From contig NW_005434599.1 in assembly GCF_000315625.1 (NCBI RefSeq), forward strand, positions 352,595-416,594: a stretch of DNA of 64,000 nucleotides, written 5' to 3'. Each line of letters opens with the position of its first letter. Position 1 is the stretch's first letter. Under the pieces are notes generated by a model that had not been told where the DNA came from, searched no databases, and was given only the letters and a program-made list of their open reading frames with translations. The translations under genes were made by a program, and so were the position numbers. The stretch is from Guillardia theta CCMP2712 (taxonomy: Eukaryota; Protista; Cryptophyta). Below are positions 24,800 to 37,029 of this stretch, in pieces.

Positions 24800-26379
24800 A
24801 TCTCGATCAGAAATTCCGTGTCTTCACTTCTTGGCAGCCGTGTTCGCCTGCTGCTTGAATTTCTTCTCAAGTCTGTCCATATCACGTCAGGCAGGCACAG
24901 AGCAAGTCAACATCGAGATATCCTACCGAGACTTTGCCGCTTCCTTTCCGTTCGCCACCTTAATCTTCTCTAGTACGTCTTTCGGTCCCTCGTTCACCTC
25001 TGCCTTGGCCTTCCCAGCCGTCAACGAACCTTTGGCTTCCTTCCTTGCGGAGAGAGGATTCTCATGCTCAGCAGTAGAGATCTCGTTCTCAAAGAAGCTG
25101 TTCATCTCCTCCTGCACAGTCCATCAGTCAGCTTCAGTTCACGTTACACGTCAAGGGTTTGACCCTTGCAGCGTCGGACGACAGGTGGACGTTGATGCTG
25201 TCCTGCACCGCAAACTTCGACTTCCCCCTGAGTTTTGAGAAGAACTTCTTCTCTTGCATCCGAGCTGCCGCATCCGACATCTGCTTGCAGTCAACCCGTC
25301 GGCGCAGTGCAAGGACGAGGCTCCCGTACCTTGGACTTTCCGTCCTTGCCAGCCGTCACGTGCTGGATGAGATCGTCGTAGAACCCATCGATGTCTGATC
25401 GAGCAGTGGAAGACGAGAACTTGTTCCTGCTCATGTCGTGCGAGGCAGAGACTTCACTGTTCTTGGAGGTCTTCGACTCCACCTTCAGATCCTTTCTGTC
25501 CTCGCCACCTGCCTTCTTAGCAGCATCGTGTTGGATCATCTTCAGCTCAGATTTTGTCTTCAAGACTGTCTCGTGAAGAATGGCGTCTCTCGTGTTCTTC
25601 CTCCTGGCCTCCAACTCCTTCACAGCCGCATGGTTGTCCAGGTTGTCATAGAAACTGTCCATGTCCGCCTTCTCCTTGTCCACCGACCAGCCTCGATCTT
25701 TCGCAAAGGGAGTTTTCGTGCTCCTGCTTGGATGGGATACTATTCGCTGTTGCAACTCGGCTGAAACCTTGTGAGCAAGCGTCAGCCCAGCAGGTCTCGC
25801 TCTTCGTTTCCCAGCAAGCGCCGAAGCCTTTTCTTCAATCCTCTTGGCATTCTCGATAATGGTGTCGGTAATGGAGGCGTGCGGGCGCTTCTTTTCGGCA
25901 TGGTTTGCGGCATGACTGTAGCTGAGCGCACTGTTAATGGATGCTACTGTTCGCTTCTCCTTCTCTAATTCCTTTTGTGCTCTCTGAAGAATATCAGCAC
26001 CGCTGCTGATTGTCAAATTCCAACCATGCAAGCAACGGAGTGCTTCACCTTTGCAAAAGTTCGACGTTCTCGTTGGAAACAAGCTTCCCCGGGTCATTCT
26101 TCAGATTGTGAGAACGAGCTCTCCCCCTGATCTCCTGTAGTTGGGCAGCAACACGTCAAATGCAGGTGAGGCGGCAGGGTGACTTACGGATGGAAGGACA
26201 ACAAGGAGGGAGCAGACAAGCAACGAGATCCCTCCAACGACCCATCTCCACCTCCTTGTTCTTCTTGTCACTTCCTCCATCCCGCTCTCTCCATGGCAGC
26301 AGCGCTGCTGCAGCTGCTCTTCTTCCTCCCCGTTGTAGCGGCGCATTCTGTCTACCATTCCATGCCCAGGTCCCTTCAC
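24800..26379 (-). CDS. Hypothetical type-II membrane / secreted coiled-coil protein with repeated D-x-x-S/G-F-Y-D motifs
   Basis: N-terminal TM RWVVGGISLLVCSLLVVLP; charged helical exons (ORFs 25291-26097 and 24923-25117). Confidence 0.6.
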
Positions 26380-26864
26380 ACCTCTCAGACCACCCTGGAC
26401 AGTAAGTACCCTACCTCATATTTAGTATTTAAAATTCGTGTTGACAGTACCGGTACACGTATGACCGTACCCATCCATTTAATTTCAATCTATTTCCGGC
26501 AGGGTGGCGCCAATGGTGAAACCAAATTGAGGACGGCGAAGGGGGATAGCATGAAGCATCAGAGCATGCGAGCAGAATGCTGGAGAAAATTCACTGGAAT
26601 GTAAAAGGAGGAAGGAAGGCAGGAGGAAGGAAGGCAGGAGGCAGGAGGAAGAGGAGGAAGAGGAGGAAGGAGGGAAACAAGGGGGCAGTGAAGGCGCAAT
26701 GGGTGGCGATTTGTTTTGAACAGATTGGTAGCATAGATTTTGAATGAGCATCTGCCTGACTTTGAGTTTGATTTCGTTTTTGATAGAGATCTGTTTGACT
26801 CTTCTACAGGAACTCTTGAACAAGAACTCAGTTGACTCCATCAGGTTTGAGTTCAGTCCCAACG

Positions 26865-27984
26865 ATGCGCAGAGCATTGGAAGGCCTGGCATGCTTTCTT
26901 ATCGCTCTTGCCATGCTCTTGGGGACTACTGTGTACAGGGTGCGTCAAAAGTCTCAGGCTGTGCTGCTTCAGTCCAGCCAGAAGAGCTCATGGGCGGTGG
27001 ACCCGAAGCATAAGGCGAGAACTAGACTGGCCTTGAAGAAGCTGGAGAGGAACCTCGAGGGAGAGTTGTCGAGTGTGAAAACGATCTTGAGCCGGTTAGA
27101 CTCAAGCCGAGGACAAACGTCCAACACCATGTCGCTCAGCGAGAAGAAAGCTTCAAAGCACGCCCCTCAGGAAACGAGCAAGGGCAAGACCGAAGAGCAG
27201 GACATCATGGTCCCGGATGCTGCATGGAGGAAACGGACGATGCAACAGGGAGCTCTGCGTGGAGACACTGTCAAGAAGCAGCTCAAGAGAGTGCTGGAGA
27301 AAGATTTGCTAGACAAGATCGAGAAGAACACGTAACACCGCCTGATTTCAGGATGTTTCGTTGTTACTGATGGTCTCTACAACAGCTCCTGGAAAAGCAT
27401 GCAAGAGATCGAAAACGCGATCAAGTTTGCAGACTATCTCAAGGCGCACCCGTAAGGCCCCAAGCTCCTCGTGGAGTCTCGCTGATATTCGTTTGGGCAG
27501 GTTGTCTTCCCCTCCCCGTGTGAAACGAAGCACGCTCGACACAGCCACAGCAGCAGAGCCAACGGGAGGAGAGGGAGGGAGTTCGGGTTCTGACTCGGTG
27601 ATCAAAGTGCACTTCAAGCGGGAGGAGCACTCGATCTCAGAGGCAGACTACAAGCAGCTGGAAGAAGATCTTATCCGGCTGTACATCGACCTCAATAAGG
27701 ACAAGAGTGCGGGGGCAGCGAACGAGGGAGTGCAGGTAGGCTCAGCAGCGAAAGCAGGGGGTGCGGGTATCAAGCAGCTTTCACAGCAGTTTGTTGGAGG
27801 AGCCCAGGGAACTCAGTATGTCGTGCAGCCAGGGGATCGTGCGATCGCCTTGTCGGACGAGTACGGCAGGAAATGGGCTGCAGATGAAATTCTGCGGGAG
27901 CATGGGAACTTTGTTCACCTGCCGAGGAAAGACGAGCTACCTCTAGCAGTTAAGCCATACTGGTACAGCAGTTTGCGAAAGTAG
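26865..27984 (+). CDS. Hypothetical N-anchored coiled-coil protein
   Basis: MRRALEGLACFLIALAMLLGTTVYR; ORFs 26832-27335 and 27361-27984 joined by a short intron. Confidence 0.65.
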
Positions 27985-28050
27985 ATATTCTTTAGCTTGA
28001 GGTCGATGCGAGTATTTTTGATTTTTCTCCAATGTTTCAACACTTTTCTT

Positions 28051-30331
28051 CTATTTCCTTCTGATTGATTTCGCCGGCTCCCGACGTTTCCTCCTCTTCA
28101 CCAGCTCGCGTGAAATCGCTGCTTTCCTTCGCAGTTTCTTCCTTCGCTCCGTCCGCCTGTTTCCCTTGTGCTGCTTCTTGACAGGCTGCAACCCGCTCCT
28201 TCGTTCGCCTGCTTGTGCATCGTCTGCGTTCCTTTGAAGGACTTCATCACGAAACGCGTCATGCACCGAAGGATGGGTTCCCTCCCGAGTGATCTCTCTG
28301 ACTGCCATGGTTGCGAAGGAGTTTGGGGGGAGCGAGAAGCTGAGGATAAGCCCCTTGAAGGGCAGCTGCTGCTCTTGTGCTCTCTTCGACTTGCTCTTAC
28401 CTTGTCCTGACCCTCCCTGCGTCGAATTGAGATGCGAGTCCAGCATCTCGTCGTACAGAACATCAGCTGGCGATCGATACGTCACGACCTTCATGCTCAG
28501 ATTCGAGCAGTTCATGATGAGGAAACGCATCGGGCATACAGAGTCGTCCAGCGGGAAAGGAGCTTTGGATGCTTCGAGGTCTACCTCCTCAAATGAAAGC
28601 CCGTCAGCCTGCAGCGAAGCACGCGCCGACGACCCGACGGCATTCTTAGGGAACAGAAGTTTCTTGTTGCGCGCGAAGACAGGGAGAACGACCTGTGCGA
28701 TGGAGTATCGCCCAGCTGCGACATCCTCTTCCTTCACAACGTCGACGAAAGTCTTGTCGTAGCGTTTCACCTGCAGGCAGTGAGATCTCAAGCAAGCGGC
28801 ACGGGTATTCACCGCCACGAGGTCACCAACAACCGCCTTCCTCCTGTCATACTCCATGAGCCGTTTGGTCGCCATTCGATTCCAAACGAGCGAAGTGTAC
28901 GCCTGCCTCCACAGGTCTGCGCGCGCCAGCTTTGAGAACGCCTGCCTCAGCGACTCGTTGACGTTCCTCGAGGTCGCAAACGCCTCCTGTCAGGGGGCTC
29001 AGCAGAGCCTCGAAGGAGCCGACGAGCGATACCAAAATGCAACGTTCGTCTTCACAGGTGAAGGGAAGGACATCCTCCAGCAGACGTCAGCTTCCTCCCC
29101 TCCTCCTTTCCTCCTCCTCATACCAATGCTGCACTCGCGTTTCCCTGCTCAACGAAGATCTGACGTGCCTTGGCTTCCCCAGCTGAATGGCAGCGCCGTA
29201 TGTATTTGGTGCTCATCACCTCCTCTCCAGCTTCTCTCCACCTCTTCCCCAGCAGCAGCCTGCCAACTTCGGTGCTGGGGACTGGGCCGGTCCCGAACCT
29301 GAGGGTCGTCAACAGACGTGCACGTGCTTCCCGGCAGTATCACCTCTGATGTCCGAAGTAGTTGACAAACCCGAAGCGCCGAAGCCTCTTTACGGCATCG
29401 AAGACTCGAGAGTTGCTGACCGTGATGTTCCTCAGGAGGATGGTGAACCGGTTCCCGCTGCACCTTCTAAGTCAGTAGGTCGACGCACCCGGAGGCTCCG
29501 CACAGCACCTGTGCTCTCCGTATCGCAGCATCCGATCGACCAGCTCGACTGCAGTCGATAAGCAACAACAAGCGCAGCAGAAAGAAACCACCATCAGCTA
29601 TCTTGATGCCCTCGAGCTGCTTGTTCAGCCCCATCAGGGCTGTCAAGTCGGACGAGGCCTGCTGGCTGTTGATTGTCACCTGCACTTCCATCAGGACTGG
29701 CGACTCCCTCAGGGCAGACCTTCTGGCACGTCAGCGCCCCCTTGTCCTTGAGGCCGCAGCAACCCGACGTTGCTTTCGACAAGCGAATGTTGAGCTTCCG
29801 CGCGATCATGGAGACCGCGCTCATTGTGTCCCAGCCAGTCTTCACCAGAGAGAACTGAACGATCTTCCTCCTCCCCCCCTGGCTCTGCCCTGAGACGTTG
29901 ACACTTTCAAAGTCCCTGGGCCATACGATTGATCCCCAGGCGTCTAACTCACTGACCCAGAAGTCAGACCACATGCCTTTAAGCAGGCCGCCTGTCCCAG
30001 CATGGCCCGCGGCAGTCCAAGTCTTGTTGCTGGGCACCTTGAGCTCAGATGGGCAGGAGAACACAACTATCCCGACGTCTTCATCGTCAAACTTTCCATC
30101 CTGTGCCTGCTCTGACGAGCTGACCCGCTGCCCCGGCGAGCTGCTCGAGGGAGGAGAACTTTTCAACCTCTTGCATGCTGACACAAGTAAGCTCTTGACA
30201 TGATCGACCTCCATCACGCTCTGCTTGCGAACTTCAGATTTCCGTAAACGAGCGGTCGAGGAGGAACGTCCGGAGGAGAGCAACGATATCAAACATGCAA
30301 CGAGTGCGCATCGAGCATATTGAGAAGACAT
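28051..30331 (-). CDS. PUS7: TruD/PUS7-family pseudouridine synthase
   Basis: FSLVKTGWDTMSA, catalytic GLKDKGALTCQ, GFVNYFGHQR, LSFSLPPNSFATMAVREI. Confidence 0.9.
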
Positions 30332-30492
30332 CACGTAGTGGCTATGATGATGCTGGTAGTTAAAACAAGCACTCCTGTCTCCATGTGAAACCCGACAACT
30401 TCTTCATTCCCAAACCTTGTAAGTTACGACAACAAACACATTCTAGCGACTGTTGCGTTCCACTCGAAATGTTCACACTTGAACCAAGAAAT

Positions 30493-30873
30493 TTATTTTG
30501 TGGGGCTGCCACCCCAGAAAATACGATCTCTTTCTTTCTTGATTTCTTGCTGTCTTGCTTTCAGGCAGTCCTGAGCAGCACACACAACTTTCAGTCGCAC
30601 GGGTAAGATAGGGTTGGCACATGCGGCCTGACCTTGTACGCCTGTATCTCTTTCGAGCAATCTTTCTTCTCGGGGTAGGAGCTGGTCTGGCACTTCAAAG
30701 AGGCTTCCTGCAGGAACTTCACGGGGGGACGAAGGGTAATTAGGACTCACCCTCAGCGACTCTAGGTCACAGACCAATGTCCATGGTTTCACTGGTTTCG
30801 CCTGTTCCTTCTCAATCTTCTCCTGTGTCAGCCTCTTTCCTCCCTTCGACGACGGTGGAATGTCGGTCGACAT
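30493..30873 (-). CDS. Twin-Cys (CHCH) mitochondrial IMS protein, COX23/CHCHD7-like
   Basis: Spliced: VCDLESLR|EASLKCQTSSYPEKKDCSKEIQAYK|DCLKARQQ; the second pair is CX9C. Confidence 0.6.
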   Translation of the reverse strand: MSTDIPPSSKGGKRLTQEKIEKEQAKPVKPWTLVCDLESLRVSPNYPSSPREVPAGSLFEVPDQLLPREERLLERDTGVQGQAACANPILPVRLKVVCAAQDCLKARQQEIKKERDRIFWGGSPTK

Positions 30874-31299
30874 CACCTACTTAACGTCTTAATTGCCGTG
30901 CGACTCAGTAAGAGCTTTCCTCTGCCCTCCTTTGCCTATCTCCTCTTCTCCTCTCCTATCCTCTCCTCCTCCTCCCTCTCCTCCTCTCCTCCCTCCCTTC
31001 CCCAAACCCTCCACCTCTCCATCTCTCCCCTTCTCTTCCCCCTCATCAATCCTCTTCCTAACTTCGCTCTTCCCTCGGCCCCCCCGTTCCCCTCCCCTTC
31101 CTCTACTCCTCTCCATTCCTCAGCATCTGGCAAGTCTTTGACATCGGTGGGTCCAAACTGGGGTGGGGTATGAAAGTACCGGTAGTCTTCAATTATACAT
31201 TAAGGTAAAGGTGGGGGGTGATAGTTGTTATGACCCCTCAATGAACACGTAGACGAAAAATCAGCGATCAGTCCCTTGGTTCTTACTCCGCATCGTTCT

Positions 31300-31600
31300 C
31301 ATCCCCTCCCCCTCCCCGCCCCTCCCACTACCATCTGCCTAGCACTACCTCTCTCCCTCCACCTCCCTTCCTCTCCCTCTCTCCCTCCACCTTCCTTCCT
31401 CTCCCTCTCTCCCTCCACATTCCATCCTCTCCCTCTCTCCCTCCACCTTCCTTCCTCTCCCTCTCTCCCTCTACCTTCCATCCTCTCCCTCTCTTCCTCC
31501 ACCTTCCTTCTTCTCTCTTCCCTCTCTCCCTTCTTCTGCCCCTCTCCTCTTCCCTCTTCGCATCCCCCGATTTACTTCTTCTCTCCTCCCTCTTCTGCAC
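31300..31600. repeat. CT-rich low-complexity tandem repeats
   Basis: Repeated ctctccctccaccttcc-like units. Confidence 0.8.
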
Positions 31601-31649
31601 TCTCGTCTTCTTCGTCCCCTGTTCCTGTTCCACGACGACTTGTAACATC

Positions 31650-34600
31650 ATGGACGAGCAAGAAATCAAGCATATGATACACGAGAGGTTCGAGCAACAG
31701 ATTCTCGATGAGCTGAGACGAGCTGAGGGCACGAAGAGCAGAGGTTCGAGGGGGGAGGAGGTAGTCTCAGCTGTCGTCAATAGCATCGCACATGACGGGA
31801 GGTTCCAGTCTTTCCTGCTAGACTTGACAGAATCGCATGGGAAAAAGAGAGGAGCTTCCCCAGGAGCTGCCGCGGGGACTTTAGTCTGGACGTTTGACTC
31901 GGACGATGGAAGCATGGGGAAGGAGGGCCTGGAGGGAGACGATGGATTAAGCTACAGCGGAAGCAGGTCGACGGTGGAGGAGATCAACGTAGAGGAGAGG
32001 AGCAGGATGATGGAAGACTTCGGGGTTGACTCCGAGCTCGCTAGCATCTGTACGCAGCTTGCTCCTACGTCGACTGAAGGTGATGGTTCATGATGGATAG
32101 GCATAGCTGACGTCTTGCTGTGCTGGTAGGGACGCAGCGAGAAAGTCTCGAGGCTCTGATGAACATGCCGCCCGAGGAAGTGCTAGCAGATGCTAACATC
32201 AAGTCGCTCTTCCAGCTGCTCTCGGGTGTTTTCCTCAACAGGAACCTGAGCAGGGAGACCAACAGAGTCTTCTGCAGTCTCTTTGCTGCCTCTGTTGGTG
32301 GGTTTCACAGCGCCGATTTGATTTGTGCGTGGATGCGAGGAATGTTGGGGCACATGTCATCCGTTAATGTCTGCGTGTGTCAGGCGCAGGAGAAACACCT
32401 GATGGATCAGATCGAGAGTTTTTCCTTGCTGTCAAGCTTCTTCGATGGCATTGCTTCTGCTTGGAACACTCTCTCTGAAGAGCAGATGAACGAAATCTTT
32501 GAGTGTCTTTGCAGTTTGTACAACTTGCAAATGAATACCTGTGAGAAATGTTTGCAAGGTGTTCACTCTCCCAGCAATCAGTGCTTTCCTTCCATGTTCC
32601 TCTTTGTGCTGGCTGACTCCTCGTTGAGTTGGATGGAAGTTTTGTTCTCAAGGTCCAGTGCTCGACACGCATTTCTTGTACAAGCTTTGAAAGCATCAGT
32701 TCTATCCAAGGTCGCGGACTTCCTTTCCTCAGCTGGGGAGCTGGTCGAGTTGGAAGAGGAGCAAGAGAAGGAGGGTATCTTGTCTAGTTACGATCTCTTC
32801 GTCTTCACAACCTACCACAACGTCAACATGTTAGCTCTGCTCACAAGGTATCAGGAGACATGCTGCATGTTCAACAACGAAGAGGCCCGGGCTGATTGGA
32901 TTCAACTTCACGACTCAAACGCCGAGCTGCCACGAGTTGAAAACCTCCGACCGTTCGCCTGTGATGCGTGCAAGCTGTTCGGCTGCTTGCTTACCTCTCG
33001 CAGTCAAACTGCGAGCCTGGTCAACGTTCGTCAAGACCTGCTGAGAGGGTTGGGAGAAGTTGTCGGGTCTTCGATCCGAAGCTTCTGTGGGATGGAACGA
33101 GAGGGACGTTCTGCATCAGCCGAGTCGATTGCGACTCGATTCATCCAAGTGACCCTCAGGGTCTGCAAGATGCTCAGAGACCTTCTGGAGTCGATCGATA
33201 CCACGAGACCATCCAAGAGGACCTGTGAACAAGTCTTGTGGATCGCTGAAGTGTGTATGCGAGTTGTTGAGAATGCTGAGAAGGATTTTCCCGATCTCCT
33301 ATTCTATGCTCGTCTGAATGGTGAGAGGGAGGAGGGAGATGGAGACAAGCAGCTCATAGAGTGGATGAGAGCGAAGTTGTCAAAGTCAACTTGGTATGCC
33401 GGTCTTGCCGGATCGAAATCTTTCGGAGAAATGTCGGAAGAGATGAATACGTTGTCGCAAGTGGTGGCTGAGAGGGTTTTCGAAATATCACCAACCGAGC
33501 AGAGTGAAAGATTGTTCTCTGTTCTCACTTTCTTCCTTTCCCCTGGTCGGTCAAGGTACTCAATTCATCTCCTCTCCTCTCGTGCTCGCAGTCATCATTG
33601 AAGTTTCCTTGCCAGACTTCATTTATACGCTTCCACCAAATTCAAACATTGGACAAAGGTAATGAAGCTTCTGGCGACGTGGTCTAGTACATGTATGTTC
33701 TCGACTGAATTGAGTTGTATTGTGACGCGCTATATCTACCAGTCGCAGCAAGCAAAGCTGGAATTCCAAAACAGCTGCTGCAGAGACTTTCCAGGGCAGA
33801 ACCTTCGTTCGTATCGTTACTTGAGGTGCTCATCGTGTGATGAGTTTTTCAGGCAAGTTGAGAAATCTTTGCAGGGGAATGGATGGGAGGATTTGCTTGA
33901 CAGAGCTCGACTAGAATGCATCTCAGACCTTTTCACGAGAATGGAGAACAGGGCTGATTTTCTCGCTGCTGATTCTCACACCACAGACATCAACACTTCT
34001 TGGAACCTCGTTATGGACCTGGCTTCCCCTCAACATAATGCAAATGACTGCGCCCTGCTGTGGGACAAGCTGCTTGCGGCAGTTGTAAACTACCTGGAGG
34101 ACATAGATAGCAAGGGAAATGACAGCATCCGGCTCTCGTTCATGTGGGCGTTCAAAAGGTCCTTTCTTACACGCCTCGGACCCTCTAGCTGAAGGATATT
34201 GCCTTGACAGGTTGTGCTGGCTAACCGCCAGCCCTCTAGTGCACAGAGTGTGTAAGGACAGCAAACTTTTGAAGCAGTGGATTGAGATCAACATCGACGT
34301 CGACGGGGAATCGAAAGAAGAGCATCCCCTTTTGAGGAGGAACCCAGAGCAAGAAACACTCCTCCTGATCCTCTTGCGTTTCATCTCCCACAACATTTCT
34401 CTATGGATCGAGATCCTGACTGAAATCCCAAACTTGAGGTGTTTTTGATCGCTCCTGCGTGCAGCAGGAAATGACTTCTTGATTCACGTCAGGCTGTACG
34501 TCCTTGGGAGGTATCGGGTTGAGGCCGCAGGTGACAAGCTGGCCCCTGCTAGAGGGCATGAGCCGAAGGATTTTGTTCATGAGCTTCAGCAAGCCTTCGA

Positions 34601-35784
34601 TCCCATGTACGGGGAGGACATGACACAGGCGTCTGGGAGTCTCGTGATTGACAGAGAGGCGCTGCTTTGCGATGACATCATCACCAGCGGAACTTTCTTC
34701 TCCATCGGCCTTGCAGGATCAATCGAGGAGGGACAGCAGGACGTCCTCCGCCTCCCAGCCACGCTGAGATGTATCATTGAGAAGGAGGGCAAAGTCATCA
34801 GCTCCAAAGCAGCTCAGATGAAACCCCCGTACGATCTAGACAGCCTGATTCATTTTCCCACTCAGGATGGTTTCATACAGGCCTGCCATGGTTTCCTTGC
34901 TAGCATTCCAGCAGCAGCAATGGGGACGAGCTCCTTGAGCAGCAGTGGTGCGGAGGAGAGTGAGGAATGGGCGTTGAAGCACGGGGAGATGACTTCGTCG
35001 CTGTTTTGGACGTTGGCGCTCAAGGCTTGCTCCGATAGCCTCTGTCATGTTGAGAAGGCGCAAGAAGACTTCCAAGGAGAGCTGAGATATCTCTTGACAG
35101 GACAGGTGGGGCGGGGGCAGACGTGTGCGATCTTCACTTCCTTGCTGTACGTCCTCAACGAGTGCTGCATAGACGACGCGATGAAGAGCATGTCATGCGC
35201 CCTGTCACGGTTGTGCCTCGGCCTGTCGCTCTCTCCTGCGGCAGGTTGCGATAGGTTGTCAAAGTTTGCTGAGGTGAGAGTCTCGTCGGTCTCTCGCGTT
35301 TGCGTGACGTGTCGTTTGCTCAGCTTGTAGCTGAAGAAGAGCTCAAGGACGTTGCAAGGGGCTATAGAGAGCTCGGCGTTTCCATAGGGATGGTGGCAAG
35401 CTGTTGGATATCACAAGCCTTTCTCAACACCTTCGAGTGGCAAGAGGTCTTCGTCTGGCTGCTCCTTCCGGTCAGAAACCTGAAAGAGTTTGGCACAGGC
35501 CGCCAAGACTTTGGCGCTGGCCCTCGTCGAGGGTGCAGAGTTGTTGTCATACACCTGTGTAGTGGCTGTGAAGGTGATGGAGGTACGTGTGTTGGTTGTG
35601 CTTCCTCTCTCTGATTGGATACTAGGCACATACAAGACGACACTATTGCGACGATGAATATGAATTCTTGGAGTTGGGGAAACAATCGCTTCCAGACTTC
35701 AGGCTGTCGCAATGGATTGCTGAAATCAGAGGTCTGGCGGAAAGATACGAGCCTTTATGCAAATCGTTCTTATACAAACAATGA
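31650..35784 (+). CDS. TBC1D32: Broad-minded (BROMI/TBC1D32)-like ciliary protein
   Basis: RESLEALMNMPPEEVLA near the N-terminus; C-terminal LVAEEELKDVARGYRELGVSIGMVASCWISQAFLNTFEWQEV and LPDFRLSQWIAEIRGLAERY resemble the BROMI C-terminal domain. Confidence 0.65.
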
Positions 35785-35878
35785 AAGACAATCTTGCATG
35801 AAGAGCTCCTCTTAAACCTCTCGTCTATCCAACCGCAACATCAAAAACCATTTCATTTCTTTTTACAAAACTTCCAAG

Positions 35879-36371
35879 TCAGAAACCAGAGTGAGACGAG
35901 GAGATCCCGGCAGTCGCCTTGTGTCTGTTGTACAACCAGAGCGCCAGCAGGGGCCCAACCACCATGACGACCAGGCAAACGCGCTCGAGCATGTCCAGGA
36001 TCAGGTCAGCCTGTCGCCCCCCCCGCCGCCCCATGCCAGTCGTCAGACACGTCAAACTGCACGTCAAACTTTAGTCAAACTGTGAGGTCAGTGCGGGGAG
36101 ACGGGCCAAAATGGATGACGAAACCTTCCTAACCATGCTCTAGCAGTGAACGATATGCTCCGCTCGTCGATCCTCCTCCTCCACCACCACCACCACCACC
36201 ACTACCTCCTCCTCCTCCTCCTCCTCATCATCATCATCATCATCATCATCCTCATCCTCATCCTCATCCTCATCCTCATCCTCATCCTCATCCACCACCA
36301 CCACCTCCACCACCTCCTCCTCCTCCTCCTCATCCACCTCCTACACAGCTCCTGCTCCTCCTGCTCCTGCT

Positions 36372-36418
<47 letters not shown>

Positions 36419-36905
36419 AGCTGCTGCTCCTGCGTCCTANNNNNNNNNNNNNNNNNNNNNNNNNNNNNNNNNNNNNNNNNNNNNNNNNNNNNNNNNNNNN
36501 NNNNNNNNNNNNNNNNNNNNNNNNNNNNNNNNNNNNNNNGTCCTCCTCCTCCTCCTCCTCCTCCTCCTCCTCCTCCTCCTCCTCCTCCTCCTCCTCCTCC
36601 TCCTCCTCCTCATCATCATCATCATCCTCATCCTCATCCTCCTCCTCCTTTGCCTGTTCCTTAATCTCTGCGACCACCTTCTTGGCCAACACTTTCTCCT
36701 TCTTCTCCTTCTCCTTCGCTAACACTCCACCATCATAATTTACTCTTCCTGCTGGCCCAGCTCCTCCTTCTTCTTGCTCCTTTGACAACCCAACATCCAT
36801 AACATCCCCATAACACAAACCTGCCCCGTGCACGCGAACCTCCATGCAGAGTACACCATGTATCATCCTTGCCCTGCCGCTCGCTCGCTCACTTGCTGCT
36901 GCCAT
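35879..36905 (-). CDS. Possible acidic low-complexity protein with a C-terminal TM (spans the gap)
   Basis: Poly-E/D tracts and last exon LERVCLVVMVVGPLLALWLYNR; the structure is unresolvable across the Ns. Confidence 0.3.
36170..36650. repeat. Compound microsatellite (CCA, CCT, CAT, CCTCAT, CTCCTG) around a 100-N assembly gap (36440-36539)
   Basis: Directly visible. Confidence 0.95.
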
Positions 36906-37029
36906 TCAATCATCGCCTCTTTTTCTTCGTCTCGCCTCTCGCCTCTCTTGTTGCTTCTGCTCGATTCTGCTTGTTTACTCGTGATGATTGTATGGCGCAG
37001 GGAGTTGGCGTTGGAGGAGCGACTGCACC

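Noticed and set aside
36146-36664. Poly-His/Leu/Ile/Pro ORF
   Set aside because: Microsatellite translation across an assembly gap.
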